This document shows, in pieces, positions 40,170 to 45,936 of a stretch of 45,936 nucleotides of DNA (positions within the stretch are counted from its first letter, which is position 1; each line of letters opens with the position of its first letter). The notes under the pieces were generated by a model. That model saw only the letters and a program-made list of their open reading frames with translations. It was not told where the DNA came from and did no database searches. A program made the translations under genes and the position numbers. The DNA is from a virus. The stretch lies in IMG/VR virus record IMGVR_UViG_3300032144_000021, positions 1-45,936 of that record. One strand, given 5' to 3'.

Positions 40170-40388
40170 TTGCCAGGCCGGACAGTCCTGCATCTGTGGT
40201 GCGCGTGCGGGCACAAGGCCACGGTTCCATCGCGTGAAGAATGGGACACCGTCCTGCGCGACCAGCTGCTGCGGAAGTTCAGGTGCCGGGAATGCGGCCG
40301 CCGGCCGGTCGACCTGCGAAAGGGATGGGCCTCGGGGGAACCGGCTACTGCGCCGCTCGAATCTCGGCCACCTGGTTCCGGCAGGTAG
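40170..40388 (+). CDS. Possible small zinc-ribbon protein, 72 aa
   Basis: TTG start with GAGGG 6 nt upstream; LHLWCACGH...FRCRECG. It converges on and overlaps the o-spanin 3' end by 44 nt, so it is uncertain. Confidence 0.3.
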   Translation: MPGRTVLHLWCACGHKATVPSREEWDTVLRDQLLRKFRCRECGRRPVDLRKGWASGEPATAPLESRPPGSGR

Positions 40389-40644
40389 CCAGGGCATCCT
40401 CAGTGGCCGCCAGTCGGTCGAGCACATCCTTGACAGTCAGCGCCCCGGCATAGGGCACGTCGGTGCGCGGCTCGCAGTCAGCGGTCAGGCGGTCGTCCAC
40501 CTTCTGCACCACCGGCACCGGAACCTCCACCACTCGATCGACGTAGACCACTCGCGGCGGCGCGGTCCCGCACGCTGCGAGCATGGCCAGGGCAAGCAAG
40601 GGCGAGGTCCAGCGCCAGCAGCGCAGCGCAGTCGGGAAGGTCAT
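40345..40644 (-). CDS. o-spanin (Rz1-like outer-membrane lipoprotein), 99 aa
   Basis: Lipobox LAMLAAC-G. The gene starts inside the 3' part of the i-spanin gene in another frame and extends beyond it. GAGGA RBS. Confidence 0.65.
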   Translation of the reverse strand: MTFPTALRCWRWTSPLLALAMLAACGTAPPRVVYVDRVVEVPVPVVQKVDDRLTADCEPRTDVPYAGALTVKDVLDRLAATEDALATCRNQVAEIRAAQ

Positions 40645-40972
40645 GGTCTTTTTCCTCGGCGGTAGTGAGTGCGCGGCTGCGCGCTTCGATCTCCTCGGCC
40701 GTCGCCTGCATTCTGGCCGCTGCGGCGGTCATGGCGGCCGCCGGCGTGGCTAGGTTCTGCCAGGCCGCGGCTGCCTTCTGCATCGTCGTGATGGTGGCAT
40801 CCTTGCCATCCACTGCCGCCTGCAGCTGAGTGACCTGGTGCTGAGCCGCATCGCGCTCACCCTTCACCACGTCGACGCGGCGCGCCTCGAAGCGCCACAG
40901 GCCGGTCATGATCAGCAGCACCAGCAGCAGGCCGCCGGCGACGTGCGGCAGGAAGGGCGTCAGGAGCTTCAT
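40478..40972 (-). CDS. i-spanin (Rz-like), 164 aa
   Basis: Internal ATG at 40972 (MKLLTPFLPHVAGGLLLVLLIMTGLW) gives an N-terminal TM segment, followed by a coiled coil (DAAQHQVTQLQAAVDGKDATITTMQKAAAAWQ). ATGA overlap upstream. Confidence 0.65.
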   Translation of the reverse strand: MKLLTPFLPHVAGGLLLVLLIMTGLWRFEARRVDVVKGERDAAQHQVTQLQAAVDGKDATITTMQKAAAAWQNLATPAAAMTAAAARMQATAEEIEARSRALTTAEEKDHDLPDCAALLALDLALACPGHARSVRDRAAASGLRRSSGGGSGAGGAEGGRPPDR

Positions 40973-41424
40973 GTGCGCGGCGCCAGCGCTTCCAGCTGGG
41001 CCAGTTCGCGCCGCAGCTCGGCGATGCGCGCCACGCGACGTTCCTCGGCCTCGATGCGGCGATGAACGCGAATGTTCGCCAGCCAGGCCTCCTGCTGGTC
41101 CGGATCCATGGGCTCGCCGTCGAGCTCGCCGCCGCCCTGCCAAACGAACTGGATCAGCGGGAAGTGTTCGCCGCAACGGACGCAGAACGTCCCGCTATAG
41201 AAGCGAGGATCCCGGGCGTATGTCTCGGCGATGGATCTGCCCATCTTGGTGCTGGCGCCGCAGTTCCGGTGCACGTAGCTGTCGCGCAGCGGCTTGACGA
41301 ACCCTTTCGCGCGCTCCTCTGGTGTCAGCACGACGTAGCCCGTCTGCTGCCCATTCGGCAGCAGCTCGCGGTGAGAACCATCCTCGGGGACCGGGCTGCC
41401 GTCTGTCAGTTGCGCGCTGCTCAT
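40969..41424 (-). CDS. Hypothetical protein with CxxC pair, 151 aa, inside the lysis cassette
   Basis: HRNCGASTKMGRSIAETYARDPRFYSGTFCVRCGEHF; ATGA overlaps at both ends. Confidence 0.55.
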   Translation of the reverse strand: MSSAQLTDGSPVPEDGSHRELLPNGQQTGYVVLTPEERAKGFVKPLRDSYVHRNCGASTKMGRSIAETYARDPRFYSGTFCVRCGEHFPLIQFVWQGGGELDGEPMDPDQQEAWLANIRVHRRIEAEERRVARIAELRRELAQLEALAPRT

Positions 41425-41660
41425 TGCTTCCTTCTCACCTCGAAGTGAAACACCTGGCCAGCGGGCCCAGGGCGGACGGCGAAATGCACGATGCTGTCGC
41501 CCGTAGCGTCGATCTCAGCGACAGGGATCTGTATGACTCCTTCCTTGCCTGCCAGTCGCTTGAGAAGGGCCACCAGCAGCTGATCGCGGAAGTTCTCGAG
41601 GACGTCGTGATGCGGTGCGCCAGGATCGGCGGCGCGCGCGAGGTCCTGACCTTGGCCCAT
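41421..41660 (-). CDS. Hypothetical protein, 79 aa, inside the lysis cassette
   Basis: Coupled at both ends (TAATG upstream, ATGA downstream). Confidence 0.5.
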   Translation of the reverse strand: MGQGQDLARAADPGAPHHDVLENFRDQLLVALLKRLAGKEGVIQIPVAEIDATGDSIVHFAVRPGPAGQVFHFEVRRKQ

Positions 41661-41971
41661 TACGCGCAGCTCTCCCGCACGTGGGCATCCTCGCGCTCCT
41701 TCTCACGGCCGTGTCGCCACCGCTCGGCCAGGACCTGCGCGGCCAGGATCCCGATGCCGCAAACGATCACCACGGCGTACCAGGGTGGCGGGGATCCTCC
41801 GGACAGCACGCCGGCGGCGCCGAACGCGCAGCCCACCAGCACGAGGAAGCGGCCGAGGCCCTGCAGATGGCTCCTCATGCACCGCGGCCGCGGCGACATC
41901 AGCAGTACGACGAAGATGGTGACTACGGTCACCACACAGCACAGCACGAACAGCATTGAGCGGATATCCAT
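41660..41971 (-). CDS. Three-TMD membrane protein (second holin / antiholin candidate), 103 aa
   Basis: GGAGG lies 5 nt upstream of the ATG at 41971. MDIRSMLFVLCCVVTVVTIFVVLL...FLVLVGCAFGAAGVL...WYAVVIVCGIGILAA, with a charged C-terminus. Confidence 0.55.
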   Translation of the reverse strand: MDIRSMLFVLCCVVTVVTIFVVLLMSPRPRCMRSHLQGLGRFLVLVGCAFGAAGVLSGGSPPPWYAVVIVCGIGILAAQVLAERWRHGREKEREDAHVRESCA

Positions 41972-41972
41972 A

Positions 41973-42338
41973 TCAGCCTCCCGTGTTGCCGAAGCGCGAA
42001 GACACGAAGGTGACCGCCCGCCGGCCGAGTTCATACACAGGGCTGGCGAATGCGCCGAGCAGACCTGCGCGGATCGCGAGGAGAATGTTTTCCGTCCACG
42101 CGAATCCAGGGATGTGCGGGGCGGCCACCGCCAGCAGCGATGCCAGGATCGTCAGCGCCACGATCTTGATCAGCACGCGCCAGAGGGTGCTCGGCGTAGT
42201 CTCCGCCTCGAAGTGCAGCGCGCAGGCTGCGGCACCAGCAACCGCCGCGGCGATCGCCCACCAGGTCAGGCCGAGGGCGGCTGCGGCACCACCGCCCAGA
42301 GCCACCTTCACGCCAACCGCCAACGCTTCATCTTTCAT
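41973..42338 (-). CDS. Holin candidate, 121 aa, three hydrophobic segments
   Basis: ALGGGAAAALGLTWWAIAAAVAGAAA..., LIKIVALTILASLLAVAA..., LLAIRAGLLGAFA; immediately downstream of the endolysin gene. Confidence 0.55.
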   Translation of the reverse strand: MKDEALAVGVKVALGGGAAAALGLTWWAIAAAVAGAAACALHFEAETTPSTLWRVLIKIVALTILASLLAVAAPHIPGFAWTENILLAIRAGLLGAFASPVYELGRRAVTFVSSRFGNTGG

Positions 42339-42357
42339 CGCTGCCCTCCCATCAGAT

Positions 42358-42852
42358 TCATGCGGCCAGGGTGCCGCCGGCCTTCACGTACACATCGCGC
42401 AGGTGCGCCATCTCGTTCTCATGCTGCTCGTAGCCTGCGCCGGGCAGGCTTGCCCAGGCGCCGCACACTCTGGCTACCGCCTTCTCGAAATGTCCGGCAC
42501 CGATGTGGATCAGGCCGTCACGCTCGCGGATCAGCTGCACGGCAATTGCGTCCTGGGACGCAGGCCCGAAGTCCAGCAGCCCGAGCGGCTTCCGGTAGGC
42601 GTCGAAGATGCGGGCGAGGATCTGATACCGGCCCGCGGCCGTGGAGACGAGCTCCTCATCCGCCGGCGTCGCTGGCCTGTCACGACGCACTCGCACCTCG
42701 AGGCGCGGGTGATCGGCATAGCTCGAGAACAGAATCGCCTGCGTCGGGCGACTGCCAACAATGACGTTGTAGCCTCTGTCGCTCGCCGCAATGAGCTCCT
42801 CGCCCAGCTCGCTGACCGCGACCATGTTGAGGAAGGCCTGCAGGTTCTTCAT
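42358..42852 (-). CDS. R: Endolysin, lambda R-type lytic transglycosylase (GH104), 164 aa
   Basis: Collinear with lambda R: FLNMVAVSELG (Glu), GYNVIVG, YADHPR, STAAGRYQILARIFDAYRKPLGLLDFGPASQDAIAVQLI and WASLPGAGYEQ. The internal ATG at 42852 forms an ATGA overlap. Confidence 0.85.
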   Translation of the reverse strand: MKNLQAFLNMVAVSELGEELIAASDRGYNVIVGSRPTQAILFSSYADHPRLEVRVRRDRPATPADEELVSTAAGRYQILARIFDAYRKPLGLLDFGPASQDAIAVQLIRERDGLIHIGAGHFEKAVARVCGAWASLPGAGYEQHENEMAHLRDVYVKAGGTLAA

Positions 42853-43433
42853 ACCCGCCCCCAAGGACGGAATGCCCAGGACACGCCACCCCACTGGTCG
42901 GGCTGGTCGAGCCGCGGGCCCACGTCGCCGAAGTAGTCGGCAGTGAACCACTCGAGCTCGGTCATCCACCCGCGCCAGCGGATCCGGAACGTCACGCCGG
43001 CGATCGTGCGCGCGCGCACCTCGAGGCGCCCGGCCGGCCGGTGCAACCAGGCGAGCCAGGACACGAACGGGAGATTCCGTAGCTTGTTGCGCCAGGCGCA
43101 GAAGACGAAGGCACGCAGCCACCGCGGCCAGGTGGGGTGCTTTGCGAAGTACCAGAGCGGATCCTGCCCTTCCTGCTCGTTCCCGAAGATGAACAGCCAC
43201 GCCGGCGCCGTGAAGATCGGAAGGAATGGCTCGAAGGTAGACCGGCGATGCACCCCGAAGGAGACCGACAGCGCGCACAGCACCAGGAAGACGGCGAGGA
43301 TCGCGACGCCGGCGCGCCAGTGGCCGGTCAACACCAGCACAAGCGCCAGCAGGTAGGGATTCGTGGCCAGCTGATAGGCAGCCGCGGAGAGCAGCGCGCA
43401 GCAGATGCGCGCTGCGATCTTCGGATCTGGCAT
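42849..43433 (-). CDS. Polytopic membrane protein of unknown function, 194 aa
   Basis: Hydrophobic N-terminal half (LLSAAAYQLATNPYLLALVLVLTGHWRAGVAILAVFLVLCALSV) and a Trp/Arg-rich C-terminal half (WRNKLRNLPFVSWLAWL). It lies between the fibre-chaperone-like gene and the endolysin. Confidence 0.55.
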   Translation of the reverse strand: MPDPKIAARICCALLSAAAYQLATNPYLLALVLVLTGHWRAGVAILAVFLVLCALSVSFGVHRRSTFEPFLPIFTAPAWLFIFGNEQEGQDPLWYFAKHPTWPRWLRAFVFCAWRNKLRNLPFVSWLAWLHRPAGRLEVRARTIAGVTFRIRWRGWMTELEWFTADYFGDVGPRLDQPDQWGGVSWAFRPWGRV

Positions 43434-43436
43434 GGG

Positions 43437-43856
43437 TTACTCCCTGGCTCGTTTCAGGTTCGGCCGTTCGGCCGCGATCGCATCGTCGGCGTCCTGCAGC
43501 TTCACGCGCGCAGGCGAGTCGGCGGGCAGCAGTTCCAGCAGGCCCTCACGGATGGCGCGAAGGCTCCCCGTTTCCGTCAGCCCTATGGCCACCCGGGCGG
43601 CGCTGTCGGCAGTGATGACAGCCTGCGCCGCGGCGGTGAGCCGCCAGGCCTCGGCCTGCTCGTCCCATTCATGATCGGGAGACGGCGACTCCGGACGAAA
43701 GGCGATCACTTCGCCGGTCTTCAGATCCACCCGCCTGACGTCATGCCGGTGCTGTCCTTCAATCACCGGAAGGTCTGGCCTCCAGAAGTCCGGGCCGCTG
43801 TGCTGCTCGCCCGTGAACTCCCCGGTTTCGGGGTCGTAGGCGCTCCACGTCTTCAT
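43437..43856 (-). CDS. Possible tail fibre assembly / chaperone-like protein, 139 aa
   Basis: Sits directly downstream of the J-like gene (ATGA overlap). The function is assigned by position only. Confidence 0.4.
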   Translation of the reverse strand: MKTWSAYDPETGEFTGEQHSGPDFWRPDLPVIEGQHRHDVRRVDLKTGEVIAFRPESPSPDHEWDEQAEAWRLTAAAQAVITADSAARVAIGLTETGSLRAIREGLLELLPADSPARVKLQDADDAIAAERPNLKRARE

Positions 43857-45936
43857 CGCTTGATGACCACCGCACGGATCGCGTGATTCCGGATGGTGTA
43901 CTGGTTAGTCGTTGCTGCACCCAGGCTGATGGCCGGGACCGATGCACAGGAAGGCGCACTGCCGGCGCGGCTGCCGACGACCAGCGCGGTGAACTGGTAC
44001 TTGCCCGTTCCCGTGACGCGCAGCAGCGGCACGAGCGCGGATCCCCCGCCCCCGACGTAGGAGGTGAAGGTGGTGGCGAAATAGAACGGGAAATCATGCG
44101 CAGCGACGAACGTCGTGCACTCCACCTCAACGGTAACCGTCAGCTCGATCTGCGTGTCGGCTGGGAGCGTCGCCGCGATGGTGGCGCCGGCGCCGTCCGT
44201 GAGGCCGGTGCTGGAGAACACCGATCCGTTGTAGGTGTCCGTCGCGCGGGAGGCCGTGTAAACCTCGGTCGCTGCGTTCGCGCCCAGCTGGGGGGTGTCA
44301 TTGACCGCGAGGTTCGTCGTCGGGCCGAAGCGCAGGGAGTTGATGCCGCCGCCCGCCGTGTAAAACGAGGAGTCGACGTACAACGTCATGCCCGGCGCGT
44401 TCACCGTGCGAACGACGACTCCGTTCTTCAGGTAGCGGACGTCGATCCCATCGTAGGTGATCGCAAAGACTGTCGTGGCGTCATAGGACCCGAAGGCACC
44501 GATGTGCGTGCCCAGTTCGTAGATGTGGGCCAAGCCAGAGGTATCTTCCGCTTCCCACGCAAAGTCGATCGACGCGTAGCTGAGACTGCCCAGCGGGGAA
44601 GTTCCCAGCCCGACCATCACCGCATGGAAGATGTCGTTCGCCTTGAACGACATGTGGCAATTCTGATAGCCGCGGATGCTGTAGACGTCGCTGTCCCAGG
44701 CCCCTATTCCGCCGACCTTCAGCGCGTTCGAGTCGCTAACGGCGCAGTTGCCGCGGGCGTTGAACAGGACCGGGGCGGCCGTGCCATAGGGGCCGAAGCG
44801 CAGATCAGCTACCGCCCCGCCCGGGCCATAGAACGACGAGTCAAGACTGAAACTGCGACCAGGCCCGGCCATCACTTCTCTCAGGAGGCTGCCATTCTTG
44901 AAGTATCGAACTAGCGCACCGTCATACGTGATGCTGAGGTCATCGCCAGTAACATAGCCTGTTGGAGTCGACACGTAGGTGCCGGATTCGTAGATGTTGA
45001 GCGAGCCGACGCTATCTGGAATGAACGCGTAGTCGATCGACGTGTAATTGTTGTTCGTCGTCGGATCCGCGTTCAGGCCAATGCAGAAATCCACGTTCTG
45101 CTGTGCTGGCCGGAAGCTGACAAATGCACCATTGGCATAAGCCGACAGTGAATAGATCGAGGAGTCCCAGGACGAGGATCCACCGACCTTCATCGCCCCC
45201 TTGTCCACGGCCACAGCGTTTCCGGTCGTGGCGTAGGGAAACTCCAGGACCGGGGCGATCTGCCCCTGCTGCCCGTTGGTGGTCGGGTGCTGCGGCCCGG
45301 TCACCCCGCCGCCGGTGCGCGGCCGGACCCAGTAGTACCAGATCCCGCTCGTGGTCTTCGGGATCACCACGGACAGCGCCGCCCCTTCCCACACCTTCGT
45401 CGCCGAGGCGAACGGCGTCTGCGAGGTGTACTCCCATACCTCGTAAACCATGTCCGCCGGCACGATGGCCGGTGCCGTCCACGTGAGGAGGATCCCGTTC
45501 TTGACGCCGCTGGTGGTGAGCGACCCGACGGAATCCGGCGTGAAGTAGACCGGCGTGGGCGTGGAGATGGTGAGCGGCGTGAGGTAGTCCGCTTCAAGGG
45601 GATCGTTCCAGTCGCTCGCCAGCTCGTCGCGCAGCGCCACCTCGACCGTGCCGGCTGGATTCAGCTTCCAACCCTCACAGCGCACGGTCTGGGCAGAGAC
45701 GCCCAGCTCCGTGACTGTGAGAAGACCGGTCATGCCCGGCCGAATCTTCCAGGCCGAGAGATCGCAGTTCACGACGTAGGCGCGTCTGTTGCGACTCTTG
45801 CGCACCAGCATGATGGCATTGCGCTGGGCTTCGTAGACATTGATGCAGCCAGCGAAGGCCGTGTCTTTGAAAACCGATTCACCGTCGGCGGTGACATAGG
45901 ACGCGTTCTGAACGGGCGGGAACTCGTTGGGCTGAT
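43853..45936 (-). CDS. Host-specificity / central tail-tip protein (J-like), C-terminal part; total 1,070 aa when joined to 1-1256
   Basis: The frame is open to the right edge (the last 127 nt duplicate 1-127). It carries an FN3-like segment (LLTWTAPAIVPADMVYEVWEY...WYYWVRPR), then two tandem ~145-aa lectin-like repeats and a C-terminal beta domain. Confidence 0.8.
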   Translation of the reverse strand, partial: QPNEFPPVQNASYVTADGESVFKDTAFAGCINVYEAQRNAIMLVRKSRNRRAYVVNCDLSAWKIRPGMTGLLTVTELGVSAQTVRCEGWKLNPAGTVEVALRDELASDWNDPLEADYLTPLTISTPTPVYFTPDSVGSLTTSGVKNGILLTWTAPAIVPADMVYEVWEYTSQTPFASATKVWEGAALSVVIPKTTSGIWYYWVRPRTGGGVTGPQHPTTNGQQGQIAPVLEFPYATTGNAVAVDKGAMKVGGSSSWDSSIYSLSAYANGAFVSFRPAQQNVDFCIGLNADPTTNNNYTSIDYAFIPDSVGSLNIYESGTYVSTPTGYVTGDDLSITYDGALVRYFKNGSLLREVMAGPGRSFSLDSSFYGPGGAVADLRFGPYGTAAPVLFNARGNCAVSDSNALKVGGIGAWDSDVYSIRGYQNCHMSFKANDIFHAVMVGLGTSPLGSLSYASIDFAWEAEDTSGLAHIYELGTHIGAFGSYDATTVFAITYDGIDVRYLKNGVVVRTVNAPGMTLYVDSSFYTAGGGINSLRFGPTTNLAVNDTPQLGANAATEVYTASRATDTYNGSVFSSTGLTDGAGATIAATLPADTQIELTVTVEVECTTFVAAHDFPFYFATTFTSYVGGGGSALVPLLRVTGTGKYQFTALVVGSRAGSAPSCASVPAISLGAATTNQYTIRNHAIRAVVIKR
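45810..45936. repeat. Terminal overlap, identical to 1-127
   Basis: Direct comparison. Confidence 0.9.

Noticed and set aside
40157-40237. ATG-initiated 26-codon ORF MRARLARPDSPASVVRVRAQGHGSIA in the attP region
   Set aside because: It is Arg-rich junk with no RBS. The overlapping TTG-initiated zinc-ribbon frame (40170-40388) is more plausible but still weak.

Overview
The window is a complete, circularly closed genome of 45,809 bp; bases 1-127 are identical to 45810-45936. It belongs to a temperate, lambda-like siphovirus from a high-GC host (by eye mid-60s % GC, not computed). Read as a circle the order is: cro/cI switch (26.1-26.9 kb), then a PL-like plus-strand operon of 35 genes (HNH, bet/exo recombination, DnaQ exonuclease, a CsrA homologue, many zinc-ribbon ORFs, Lar, two tyrosine recombinases with xis), then attP (about 40.0-40.2 kb). 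On the minus strand run a PR-like early operon (replication gene with an ori-like repeat cluster, nin-like genes, Q-like antiterminator), an AT-rich late promoter region, and ten genes of unknown function where lambda keeps its lysis genes. These are followed by cos/terS/terL, portal, a protease-capsid fusion, tail genes with a G/GT frameshift, a J-like gene spanning the junction, and a relocated lysis cassette. No rRNA gene, complete tRNA gene, CRISPR array, reverse transcriptase or known defence-system domain was recognised. The most interesting items are: the uncharacterised late module between PR-prime and cos (two secreted FN3-like proteins, a lone Fis-type HTH, a lectin-plus-20-aa-repeat protein); the phage-encoded CsrA; the iteron and microsatellite cluster inside the replication gene; the operator/promoter design with apparently leaderless cro and cI; and the tandem recombinases. 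All functions are by-eye motif recognition and synteny, with no database search. Many long antisense ORFs in the track are GC-driven shadows.
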